Source: a virus. Taken from it: a stretch of 64,000 nt of DNA. This document shows, piece after piece, positions 41,074 through 49,149 of this stretch; within the stretch, counting starts at the first letter, position 1; each line of letters opens with the position of its first letter. The DNA is taken from the IMG/VR virus record IMGVR_UViG_3300020203_000404, positions 87,811 through 151,810 of that record; one strand, written 5' to 3'. The translations under genes were made by a program, and so were the position numbers. Below the pieces are notes generated by a model. It was not told the origin of the DNA and did not search any database. It saw only the letters and a list, made by a program, of their open reading frames with translations.

Positions 41074-41842
41074 GGTTAAGTCGGGCTCGGATTTCAGCGA
41101 GCGTAGTTGTGTTGTATTGCATGCCGTTTTCGTAAACAAGTTGGAAGGCACAGGAGTTGACCTGTTCCCACGAAGCTTCCTGTCGCATCCCAAATGACTT
41201 GCCGAAATTAGCTTCGTAGACAGCGATCAGTCCCTTGGCAGACTTCTTGCTGAAAGCCCCCTTGTTTGTCTTGGGGTCTTTGAAAATGGCTCGTTCCTCG
41301 CCGTTAACCACACCGAAGGTGGCCTTCATCGCGAAACCAAATGTGTCGCGAGTTACATACTGATATGTGTAGCTGCCGATACCAGCGACCCAATTTACGC
41401 TTGCGAAGCCCTTAGCCTTAAGCCCTTGATTGATCTTTCTTGCCAAAGGCAAGGTGATGCTGTCGCCGTAGATCAGACCGATGTGCGAATCCAATTCCTT
41501 GAAGCCTGCGGCATTCGTGACGCCGCCAAAAAGCTCCCAAAGTACTTCAACAGATCCCTTGAATTCCGGACTGTCGGGTGCGGCGTCAGGGTCTCCGCAA
41601 ATGATCTCCAGTGGCGTCTTAGGACTTGAGTCCGGTCGAATCACCAACTTACCATTTCGGGCCATGATTTCCTCCCGCAATTGCGGGAGGATGGTAGTTA
41701 GAACACCCCAGTAGTCCCAAGTGTCTGATACGACACTAACGATGCCTGTAGGGTAGACACTAAGTAGACGCTTGAAATACTCTAATTCGCCATAGAAGAG
41801 TTTTTCGTGTTCGTTAAGAGTGCGAATTCGTTTTCGAGTCAT
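41066..41842 (-). CDS. NAMPT/Namat-like protein, C-terminal part
   Basis: SVVSDTWD, VIRPDS, IYGDSIT, GIGSYTYQ, TRDT, KDPKT, KKSAKG. Confidence 0.88.
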   Translation of the reverse strand: MTRKRIRTLNEHEKLFYGELEYFKRLLSVYPTGIVSVVSDTWDYWGVLTTILPQLREEIMARNGKLVIRPDSSPKTPLEIICGDPDAAPDSPEFKGSVEVLWELFGGVTNAAGFKELDSHIGLIYGDSITLPLARKINQGLKAKGFASVNWVAGIGSYTYQYVTRDTFGFAMKATFGVVNGEERAIFKDPKTNKGAFSKKSAKGLIAVYEANFGKSFGMRQEASWEQVNSCAFQLVYENGMQYNTTTLAEIRARLNHE

Positions 41843-41853
41843 GGTAATGTATT

Positions 41854-41882
41854 AGTATACAACGGAGTGTTCGGAATGTCAA
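41854..41882 (-). promoter_or_regulatory. Promoter between the two NAMPT parts
   Basis: TTGACA-17-TATACT. Confidence 0.7.
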
Positions 41883-41897
41883 GCAAAAGATAACTTA

Positions 41898-42731
41898 TCA
41901 AGGAAGCGATCTAATGAACTTCCAAGTTTGTGACGCTTCATTCCACTCTTCTTCTACAGAAGTGATGATAGCTGCCCTATCCATTGATACTAAAGAGGCG
42001 ACAGAATGTTCGGTTGCCGCCACGCTACATCCGACAAGCTCTTTGTCGGAGTCGGCACCGTAATACTGTTCAAGGAAGTCAATCGCTGGAACGGTGTCCG
42101 ATCCGACAAAGGATAAAAGATGAGCCGCACCACTCGTGCAGGCAGCTTCGATACCGGGCATGCCACGGAACGAGAAGTCGTGACCTTGAAAGGAAGTAAA
42201 ACCAACGTCAGCTCCGGTCTCTTTCGCCGCTCGCACAAATTCCTTCTTGTATTCTGCCGCGATCGTGGCTGACGTGCAGGGTTGCCAGAGCGTCGCAGAC
42301 AGAATCGTTTCGAGGTAATTCGGGAGCCAGAAGCCGCTCGGGTGCGTGTTGTGAATGACTACCGGAGGTACCCCAATCGGAACTCGACTACCTTCTGGTA
42401 GTGCGAGAATTCGAACCGGCAGATATCCCAGGGCGTGCAACGCCCTGATGTGATCCATCGGGACGGTATCCTTGCCAAGAGCATTGTCTACACGACGCTT
42501 GTACCTCGCGACCACTTCTTCAACAGGTCGCGAGAAGAAGTTGACATCCCACTCGTGAGCAAGAAATCTTTGAATGAAGTATTGAAGGCCAAAAAATACC
42601 ACGGATTCCACTCCGTCGATCCGTGAGGATCGCGGGGTGAAGTTCGAGAAAACGAGGCTCGTGCCCTCGGGGTATTGGCGACGGTGGTCGGCCTTGTACC
42701 AGTCGATACTATGAAGCGGATGAGTATTCAT
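41898..42731 (-). CDS. NAMPT/Namat-like protein, N-terminal part
   Basis: DWYKADH..QYP, FFGLQ, HDFSFRG, GSDT, ATEHSV. Confidence 0.88.
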   Translation of the reverse strand: MNTHPLHSIDWYKADHRRQYPEGTSLVFSNFTPRSSRIDGVESVVFFGLQYFIQRFLAHEWDVNFFSRPVEEVVARYKRRVDNALGKDTVPMDHIRALHALGYLPVRILALPEGSRVPIGVPPVVIHNTHPSGFWLPNYLETILSATLWQPCTSATIAAEYKKEFVRAAKETGADVGFTSFQGHDFSFRGMPGIEAACTSGAAHLLSFVGSDTVPAIDFLEQYYGADSDKELVGCSVAATEHSVASLVSMDRAAIITSVEEEWNEASQTWKFIRSLP

Positions 42732-42916
42732 TGGGAGATGTAGTCATTAAAAGATTTACAGACCATGAACAATATTACAGGAAGACAAAACAACATCGTA
42801 ACTATTATGACAAGTACACAAACCTCTTCAGGCTTTCTAGGCTTAAGCTTCTCGTTGCTAACACGAAAACGGAACCCCGTCTTTTCGTGAAAGTTTTCTA
42901 GCGTTAGATCGTTCAT
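42728..42916 (-). CDS. Chimeric small membrane protein (5' part duplicated from the 38441-38806 gene)
   Basis: Identical MNDLTLENFHEKTGFRFRVSNE start, then KLKPRKPE and a TM segment. Confidence 0.55.
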   Translation of the reverse strand: MNDLTLENFHEKTGFRFRVSNEKLKPRKPEEVCVLVIIVTMLFCLPVILFMVCKSFNDYISQ

Positions 42917-43692
42917 AGTTTTAGTTGCCTAATCATCGGGTCGTCAAATGTTGCAAAACTGTCCGTGCAGTAGATTCGCTCGATCTTGCCGTCAAAGACG
43001 GCAAGGCCATTCGAGAAGATCGCATGCGTTACGACCAAGTATACCTTTGCCTTCGGAGAACGCAAGTGAATTGCTTTCGCGATCTCTGTAAAAGTGCGAC
43101 CGCCATCGCAAAGGTCATCGACAATCACGAACTTATCGTACATACAAACGTTAGTGGAGGTGGTGTTTATTTCCGTGCCAACAACCTTGCCGTTTTCGTC
43201 ACGACGCTTGCTGCATTGCACTAAATCGCCGTTGAGTGGGATTTGCTTACTGACCCAGGCCGCAGCACCGGCATCGGGCGACACGAAACAAACGTTGTCG
43301 TCGCCAATATCCTTGAGAGCCAAGTCCACAAGTCGGATCGTGGGCTCGACAATACTGACATTGGGCAGATATTTCTTCAATGCCACAGGATTGTGCGGCT
43401 TGACGACATCGATCGTTTCGAGGCGAAGGCTACACAAGTAATCGCATACAATCTTGATGTCGATAGCCTCGCCAGGGGAGAAGCGGCGGTCACAGCGAGC
43501 AGCCAGCAAGTAATTGACTTGAAGGTGCCTGATCTCCGGGTGAATCTCCAAAACCTGAGCGATCAAGAAGAGGTCGTCGAAATTACGGATACTAGCACTA
43601 AGTGTAGTGGAGCCCTTGAGATCCATCGTTGACACAATGTGCTTGTGACCATCGGGATAGTGAGAGACCTTGAAATCGGATAGATTAACCAT
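42913..43692 (-). CDS. Prs-like pyrophosphokinase (probable NARP1 Adps)
   Basis: ARCDRRF, VSPDAGA, IVDDLCDGGRTF, VTHAIFS. Confidence 0.88.
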   Translation of the reverse strand: MVNLSDFKVSHYPDGHKHIVSTMDLKGSTTLSASIRNFDDLFLIAQVLEIHPEIRHLQVNYLLAARCDRRFSPGEAIDIKIVCDYLCSLRLETIDVVKPHNPVALKKYLPNVSIVEPTIRLVDLALKDIGDDNVCFVSPDAGAAAWVSKQIPLNGDLVQCSKRRDENGKVVGTEINTTSTNVCMYDKFVIVDDLCDGGRTFTEIAKAIHLRSPKAKVYLVVTHAIFSNGLAVFDGKIERIYCTDSFATFDDPMIRQLKL

Positions 43693-43717
43693 TTGCTTTA
43701 CTCTTTCTTACAGTGTT

Positions 43718-43806
43718 TGGTGCGGGTGACAGGCATCGAACCTGCAAGCCTTTTTAGGGGCACGGGATCCTAAGTCCCGCGTGTCTGCCAATTCCACCAC
43801 ACCCGC
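43718..43806 (-). tRNA. tRNA-Leu(UAG)
   Basis: Cloverleaf, CT-TAG-GA loop, long variable arm, encoded CCA. Confidence 0.93.
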
Positions 43807-43818
43807 GTGTGTGCCACA

Positions 43819-44316
43819 TCAAATATTGTGTTGGCAGATTATGGCATCAGGGAAATAGTGTTCGATAATGGCCAAGTAAATACCCCACTCTCCGCCGCCA
43901 AGGCCGCATCCCATCTTGAAGGGGAAGTAAAGAGGAACATCTTTGTCAAGTTTCGGAGCAAGCGACTCAAAGGCTCTTGCCGTGGCATCGTAGCTAGTCA
44001 TTCGCCACCTAGAGGAAATGTAACCTTGGCCAAAAACGTTTGCGATTTTGAGGTACTTGTGATTAGGTACCGTCCACATGAACGTTTTGCCAAGCATCAC
44101 GTCGTTAGCAAGGTCTTCTGTAAGATAACCACTGAGACGTTCGTTATCTACTGACTTAATCCACTTGGCAATACAATCTTGATATTCTTTTTCAAGACCT
44201 GGGAACTTCTTGGCGAGTGCGTAGGCGATGCCGCCCCCCATGATGCCTTGGCAGTTGACCTGATGGAAGAGAACGCCATCCGTGAGAGCAAGCATGTCCT
44301 GTTTGATGATCTTCAT
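43819..44316 (-). CDS. Macrodomain protein
   Basis: HQVNCQGIMGGGIA, ANVFGQ, MGCGLGGGEW. Confidence 0.92.
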   Translation of the reverse strand: MKIIKQDMLALTDGVLFHQVNCQGIMGGGIAYALAKKFPGLEKEYQDCIAKWIKSVDNERLSGYLTEDLANDVMLGKTFMWTVPNHKYLKIANVFGQGYISSRWRMTSYDATARAFESLAPKLDKDVPLYFPFKMGCGLGGGEWGIYLAIIEHYFPDAIICQHNI

Positions 44317-44348
44317 GTTCTATAGTATCACGTTGTCCAGTAAAAAGT

Positions 44349-44423
44349 TGGTACTCCTACCAGGATTCGAACCTGGACGCTTTGTTTAGAAGACAAAGAT
44401 GCTGTCCATTACATCATAGGAGT
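44349..44423 (-). tRNA. tRNA-Arg(UCU)
   Basis: TTTGT-CTTCTAA-ACAAA arm, TTCGAAT, CCA. Confidence 0.9.
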
Positions 44424-44441
44424 GCGTATGGGCTATTGTTT

Positions 44442-44518
44442 TGGTCGAGCATGTTGGAATTGAACCAACCTAATGTCCTGTTTCCAAAACAGGCGACCCA
44501 CCATGAGTCTGATGCTCG
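44442..44518 (-). tRNA. tRNA-Pro(UGG)
   Basis: CCTGT-TTTGGAA-ACAGG arm, CCA. Confidence 0.85.
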
Positions 44519-44526
44519 AATTGTTT

Positions 44527-44613
44527 TGGCGGAGAGGCAGAGGAATCGAACCCCGGACCTTGCGATCCCCCCGGTATTCAAAACCAGTTGCCGACCATTC
44601 AGCGGTACCTTCC
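44527..44613 (-). tRNA. tRNA-Ser(UGA), non-canonical 8/4 fold
   Basis: TT-TGA-AT loop, long variable arm, G discriminator, 8-bp bulged acceptor, 4-bp T stem. Confidence 0.8.
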
Positions 44614-44679
44614 GTTTGTTTACATGCTCGCCACGTTGATGTGGTGACTTGAAATAGAAAAGAGCTTCGGCAACGCTCA

Positions 44680-44790
44680 TTAGTTGCTCCCGATCAAAGC
44701 CTTGACGATGAAGAAAAGACCGACCATGCAAGCACACCACCATATAATGTAGGTGATGACGAATGCCCAGAAAGCGGTTTTGACCTTCAT
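44680..44790 (-). CDS. Small membrane peptide (36 aa)
   Basis: MKVKTAFWAFVITYIIWW...; TATCAT-6nt-ATG leaderless promoter upstream. Confidence 0.45.
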   Translation of the reverse strand: MKVKTAFWAFVITYIIWWCACMVGLFFIVKALIGSN

Positions 44791-44920
44791 GTCTCTATGA
44801 TATCACTTTTCAAGCGAAGTGCAAGTATATTTTCAAATTTTGGCGGTAGATCCAGGACTAATTATGTTGGCCACACATATGGCAATGACTGAAAGTCTGG
44901 AAATGGTAAAAAGGTCTGCA

Positions 44921-45199
44921 TCAGAGTTCGCGAAATTTTTTGTAAGACGACTTGAGCTTACTTTTAAGCACGGAAGAGAAACACCAGTAGCCTAAGAGAA
45001 ACTTATTGATATTAAGAGTAAGTTGGATGAAGCCTATAACGCAGAGAGTTCCAGGCACAAACGCGATCGGAATACAGAGTGGCGAGAGTACCCACCACCA
45101 GGACCAGTCGATGAAGTTCGTTAGCTTGAGGCCGATGAACAGAACAGTGAGTATACCAGCGAAGTTGACGCTATTTCGCTCATAAGTATTATTGGTCAT
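44921..45199 (-). CDS. Small phage membrane protein
   Basis: LTVLFIGLKLTNFIDWSWWWVLSPL motif. Confidence 0.75.
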   Translation of the reverse strand: MTNNTYERNSVNFAGILTVLFIGLKLTNFIDWSWWWVLSPLCIPIAFVPGTLCVIGFIQLTLNINKFLLGYWCFSSVLKSKLKSSYKKFREL

Positions 45200-45306
45200 G
45201 ATTTTGAGTAAAAGTTATTGATTCGTCGCACATTTCTTTGGATTGACCGGCGAGATTACGCATGCTGATATCATAGCTCGCTAAAGCGAGCTAGTCAAGA
45301 AAAAGT

Positions 45307-45391
45307 TGGTAGGAACAGTCGGGATCGAACCGACACGCCGTTAGGCACATCATTTTAAGTGATGAGCGTCTGCCAATTCCGCCATGTCCCC
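45307..45391 (-). tRNA. tRNA-Leu(UAA)
   Basis: CATCA-CTTAAAA-TGATG arm, variable arm, CCA. Confidence 0.92.
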
Positions 45392-45397
45392 GTGTAT

Positions 45398-45474
45398 TGG
45401 TCCGCTATCTAGGAATTGAACCTAGCCCTGAGGTTAATAAGACCCCTGCATGACGACCAGTGTGCTAATAGCGG
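45398..45474 (-). tRNA. tRNA-Ile(UAU)
   Basis: GGGGT-CTTATTA-ACCTC arm; acceptor CCGCTAT/ATAGCGG; CCA. Confidence 0.78.
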
Positions 45475-45909
45475 TCAGTCCAGTGTACAAGCCATTGCAT
45501 TCGAGGTGTTGAACGTGATCGCACCAGAGTTCGTGTCACGGTACCACCACTGAAAAAGGAGCGTCGTGCCAAGCGGCATCAGCGTCAAGTCAACCTGACG
45601 AGTTGCGTTGCCGTTCACGGTAGCAGTCGGCCCACCGACGCGAACGAATTGACCGAGCGGATTGATACACAACGTGCCGTTACCAAAAGGAACGTTGAAC
45701 TGGGTCGTGCCACACGTCAGTTGTGCAAACGACTGAGGCATTGCGTTCGTCAGCGTACAGCCGAGGTTGTTGTCGATTCGCGTTAGCGAGCCGGTGTAGT
45801 CACAATGGGCAACCAATCCAAGAGAATTGGGCTGCGAATCGCAGTAGTTGTAAGCGGAGCCAGCGGAGGCGGTAAGTGCTAGGAGGCACACAGCGATGAT
45901 GTTCTTCAT
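45475..45909 (-). CDS. Secreted protein resembling a Planctomycetota extracellular domain
   Basis: Signal peptide; YC..QPNSLG...PFGNGTLCI...FQWWYRD...FNTSNA; preceded by the cassette-type promoter. Confidence 0.6.
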   Translation of the reverse strand: MKNIIAVCLLALTASAGSAYNYCDSQPNSLGLVAHCDYTGSLTRIDNNLGCTLTNAMPQSFAQLTCGTTQFNVPFGNGTLCINPLGQFVRVGGPTATVNGNATRQVDLTLMPLGTTLLFQWWYRDTNSGAITFNTSNAMACTLD

Positions 45910-45951
45910 GCTTGAATGATACATCATTCTCACGGTTTGTCAAGCAAAAAA

Positions 45952-46557
45952 TCACTTTAAGCCGACGATTGAGCCGGGGGCGATGGTCGCGTCCTGGCCG
46001 ACGATCGCGTTCTCGTCGATGGTCACGTTCCTGCCGATGGTCACGTTCTCGTAGATGAGCACGTATTCGCCGATGGTCACGTTCTCGCCGATGATCGCGT
46101 TCTTGCCGATGTACGAGTACGAGCCGATGTTCGCGTGCTCGCCGATTTTCGAATCCTGGCCGATGTTCGCGTTCTCGCCGATGGTCACGTTCCAGCTGAT
46201 GTTCGCGTTCTTGCCGATGGTCGAGTACGAGCCGATGATCGAGTACGGGGCGATGGTCACGTTCCAGCCGATGGTCGCGTCCCGGTCGATGGTCGCGTCC
46301 CGGTCGATGGTCACGTTCTCGCCGATGGTCACGTTCTCGCCGATGGTCGAGTATGAGCCGATGTACGAGTCCTCGCCGATGGTCGCGTTCCTGCCGATGG
46401 TCGAGTGCGAGCCGATGGTCGCGTTCTCGCCGATGGTCACGTTCGGGCAGATGAGCACGTATTCGCCGATGGTCACGTTCTCGCCGATGGGTACGTTCGA
46501 GCCGACGTTGACCAGAACGGTCTTTCCGTCCGGGTTCGTGTGTGTGATGGTTTTCAT
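45952..46557 (-). CDS. LbH hexapeptide-repeat protein, cassette 1 (201 aa)
   Basis: MKTITHTNPDG cap; IGxxxx repeats. Confidence 0.9.
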   Translation of the reverse strand: MKTITHTNPDGKTVLVNVGSNVPIGENVTIGEYVLICPNVTIGENATIGSHSTIGRNATIGEDSYIGSYSTIGENVTIGENVTIDRDATIDRDATIGWNVTIAPYSIIGSYSTIGKNANISWNVTIGENANIGQDSKIGEHANIGSYSYIGKNAIIGENVTIGEYVLIYENVTIGRNVTIDENAIVGQDATIAPGSIVGLK

Positions 46558-46598
46558 GTTTTAATGATACATCATTCTCGCGGTCTGTCAAGCAAAAA
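46558..46598 (-). promoter_or_regulatory. Cassette promoter (also at 45910, 47259, 47708, 50013, 50372, 50749, 51306, 51773, 52596 on -; 63545, 63922 on +)
   Basis: TTGACA-GACCGCGAGAATGATG-TATCAT-TAAAAC-ATG; variant TTGACG..TATAAT; no Shine-Dalgarno. Confidence 0.85.
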
Positions 46599-47258
46599 TC
46601 ACTTTGAGCCGACGATTGAGCCGGGGGCGATGGTCGCGTTCTTGCTGACGGTCGCGTTCTTGCCGATGGTCGCGTTCCTGCCGATGGTCGCGTTCCTGCC
46701 GATGGTCACGTTCTCGCCGATGGTCGAGTACGAGCCGATGTGCGAACCCTCGCCGATGTGCGAACCCTCGCCGGTGTACGAATCCTCGCCGATGGTCGAG
46801 TACGAGCCGATGATCGCGTTCTTGCCGATGATCGCGTTCGGGCAGATGGTCACGTTCTCGCCGATGGTCACGTTCTCGTAGATGAGCACGTATTCGCCGA
46901 TGGTCACGTATTCGACGATGGTCACGTTCTCGCCGATGATCGCGTTCTTGCCGATGGTCGCGTTCGGGCAGATGGTCGAGTACGAGCCGATGGTCACGTT
47001 CCTGCCGATGATCGCGTTCGGGCAGATGGTCACGTTCTCGCCGATGTTCGCGTATTCGCCGATGGTCACGTTCCAGCCGATGTTCGCGTACTTGCCGATG
47101 TACGAGTACGAGCCGATGGTTGCGTTCTTGCCGATGATCGCGTTCTTGCCGATGCTCGCGTTCTTGCCGATGGTCACGTTCTCGTAGATGGTCACGTTCT
47201 CGCCGACGTTGACTTGAACGGTCTTGCCGTTCGGGTTCGTGTGCGTGATGGTTTTCAT
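46599..47258 (-). CDS. LbH hexapeptide-repeat protein, cassette 2 (219 aa)
   Basis: Same caps and repeats. Confidence 0.9.
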   Translation of the reverse strand: MKTITHTNPNGKTVQVNVGENVTIYENVTIGKNASIGKNAIIGKNATIGSYSYIGKYANIGWNVTIGEYANIGENVTICPNAIIGRNVTIGSYSTICPNATIGKNAIIGENVTIVEYVTIGEYVLIYENVTIGENVTICPNAIIGKNAIIGSYSTIGEDSYTGEGSHIGEGSHIGSYSTIGENVTIGRNATIGRNATIGKNATVSKNATIAPGSIVGSK

Positions 47259-47299
47259 GTTTTCATGATACATCATTCTCGCGGTCTGTCAAGCAAAAA

Positions 47300-47707
47300 T
47301 CACTTTGAGCCGACGATTGAGCCGGGGGTGATGGTCGCGTTCCTGCCGATGGTCGAGTGCGAGCCGATGCTCGCGTTCTTGCCGATGGTCACGTATTCGC
47401 CGATGGTCGAATTGACGCCGATGTACGAGTACAAGCCGATGTACGAGTGCAAGCCGATGGTTGCGTTCTCGCCGATGGTCACGTTCTTGTCGATGGTCGC
47501 GTGCTCGCCGATTTTCGAATCCTGGCCAATGTTCGCGTTCTCGCCGATGGTCACGTTCTCACCGATGTACGAGTCCTCGCAGATGGTCACGTATTCGCCG
47601 ATGGTCACGTTCTCGCAGATGGTTACGCCATAGCCGATGGTTACGTTCTCGCCGACGTTGACTTGAACGGTCTTGCCGTTCGGGTTCGTGTGCGTGATGG
47701 TTTTCAT
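47300..47707 (-). CDS. LbH hexapeptide-repeat protein, cassette 3 (135 aa)
   Basis: Same caps and repeats. Confidence 0.9.
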   Translation of the reverse strand: MKTITHTNPNGKTVQVNVGENVTIGYGVTICENVTIGEYVTICEDSYIGENVTIGENANIGQDSKIGEHATIDKNVTIGENATIGLHSYIGLYSYIGVNSTIGEYVTIGKNASIGSHSTIGRNATITPGSIVGSK

Positions 47708-47748
47708 GTTTTAATGATACATCATTCTCGCGGTCTGTCAAGCAAAAA

Positions 47749-48246
47749 TCACTTTGAGCCGACGGTTGAGCCGGGGGCGATGGTCGCGTCCTGGCCGACG
47801 ATCGCGTTCTTGCCGATGGTCGCGTTCTTGCCGATGGTCGCGTTCTTGCCGATGGTCGCGTTCTTGCCGATGGTCACTTCCCGGCGGATGTGCGAGCCCT
47901 CGCCAATGGTCGCGTCCTGGCCGATGGTCACGTTCTCGCCGATGGTCGCGTTCCTGCCGATAGTCAAGTGCGAGCCGATGGTCGAGTGCGGGCCGATGGT
48001 CACGTTCTCGCCGATGTACGAGTCCTCGCCGATGTACGAGTCCTCGCCGATGGTCGAGTACGAGCCGATGGTCGAGTACGAGTCGATGGTCACGTTCTCG
48101 CCGATGGTCGAGTACGAGCCGATGGTCGCGTATTCGCCGATGGTCACGTTCTCGTCGATGGTCACGTTCTCGTCGATGTACGAATCCTCGCCGACGCTGA
48201 CTTGAACGGTCTTTCCGTTCGGGTTCGTGTGTGTGATGGTTTTCAT
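47749..48246 (-). CDS. LbH hexapeptide-repeat protein, cassette 4 (165 aa)
   Basis: Same caps; ATG 5 nt downstream of the tRNA-Val CCA. Confidence 0.88.
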   Translation of the reverse strand: MKTITHTNPNGKTVQVSVGEDSYIDENVTIDENVTIGEYATIGSYSTIGENVTIDSYSTIGSYSTIGEDSYIGEDSYIGENVTIGPHSTIGSHLTIGRNATIGENVTIGQDATIGEGSHIRREVTIGKNATIGKNATIGKNATIGKNAIVGQDATIAPGSTVGSK

Positions 48247-48251
48247 TGTAT

Positions 48252-48325
48252 TGGTAGGCAATGAGGGAATTGAACCCCCGACTTCTGGATGTAAACCAGG
48301 CGTTTTACCACTAGACTAATCGCCC
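48252..48325 (-). tRNA. tRNA-Val(UAC)
   Basis: TT-TAC-AT loop, CCA. Confidence 0.9.
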
Positions 48326-48333
48326 GTGCTAAG

Positions 48334-48660
48334 TCAATCCCAAAGATGGAAAAAGTGCTCTCGGAACAGATTGAGGCCAGTTTCAACCTCAGTCCGCTCT
48401 TCCTCAGTCAGCATGTATATCGCACCATCTGAATCGACAATCAGCTTGAATGCCCTATGCATCTTTTCAAGCATGACAAGCCACGCTTCGTGACCGCCCT
48501 CCAACCCCATTGGAAAGCCATGATTATAAGTGTCAATAAAAGCTCGCAGACGAGGCTCGATGAATGCAGCGACTGTATTATTAAGAGACCACAATTCGCT
48601 ATCGTCAAATCCGCGAGTAAGACGTTGCCATAAGAAGTGTATCTTGCGAGATAATTTCAT
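48334..48660 (-). CDS. Hypothetical phage protein
   Basis: QRLTRGFDDSELWSL...GLNLFREHFFHLWD, recalled as a common phage motif. Confidence 0.7.
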   Translation of the reverse strand: MKLSRKIHFLWQRLTRGFDDSELWSLNNTVAAFIEPRLRAFIDTYNHGFPMGLEGGHEAWLVMLEKMHRAFKLIVDSDGAIYMLTEEERTEVETGLNLFREHFFHLWD

Positions 48661-48678
48661 ATTAATCCTAAAGTGTAT

Positions 48679-48755
48679 TGGAGCCATCGGTGGGCCACGA
48701 TCCCACAACCTATCGCTTACAAAGCGATTGCACCGCCTACTTGTGCTACGATGGC
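48679..48755 (-). tRNA. tRNA-Thr(UGU)
   Basis: ATCGC-TTTGTAA-GCGAT arm; atypical T loop ATCGTGG. Confidence 0.85.
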
Positions 48756-48881
48756 ATTTTCTTTTTACGAATGCGTTTAGCATTCTTATATGATGTTGGT
48801 AGACCGTGACGGTGATGCTCTATCATACACCCTCTTACGAGGGTGTGGGCTTGAAAAAGAAGAATTACATTTTCAAGTGTA

Positions 48882-48945
48882 TGGTGCCTCCCCGACGACC
48901 TTCTGCTCTTCACGCAGACGCTACTACTAACTGAGCTACAGAAGC
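48882..48945 (-). pseudogene. tRNA-Phe(GAA) lacking the T arm
   Basis: D arm and TCTGC-GTGAAGA-GCAGA intact; only 64 nt. Confidence 0.7.
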
Positions 48946-48961
48946 AAAAGCATGCTTGTAT

Positions 48962-49039
48962 TGGTGGGGAAGGCAGGACTCGAACCTGCGACCTTAAGGG
49001 TATACACCCTTGTTGCTCTCCCAACTGAGCTACTTCCCC
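48962..49039 (-). tRNA. tRNA with irregular anticodon arm (identity undetermined)
   Basis: Perfect acceptor, D and T arms; AAGGG-TGTATA-CCCTT with a 6-nt loop. Confidence 0.6.
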
Positions 49040-49062
49040 ATAGTGGAGTTAATGTACTTTGA

Positions 49063-49139
49063 TGGTGGACCGGGGGAGTGACGATCTCCCGACTTTCGGA
49101 TGCAAACCGAATGTTTTACCAACTTAGAACTACCAGCCC
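49063..49139 (-). tRNA. tRNA-Ala(UGC)
   Basis: TT-TGC-AT loop, G3:U70, atypical T loop ATCGTCA. Confidence 0.88.
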
Positions 49140-49149
49140 ATCCTAGCCG

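Noticed and set aside
41843-42000. Split intein or intron in the NAMPT-like gene
   Set aside because: No intein terminal motifs, and the segment is too short for a group I/II intron.
44527-44613. tRNA-Sec or opal suppressor
   Set aside because: The anticodon is UGA (reads UCA, Ser), not UCA. No in-frame stops in genes suggest recoding.
44841-44860. tRNA 3'-end-like fragments (also near 48797)
   Set aside because: Too short to fold; at most relics.
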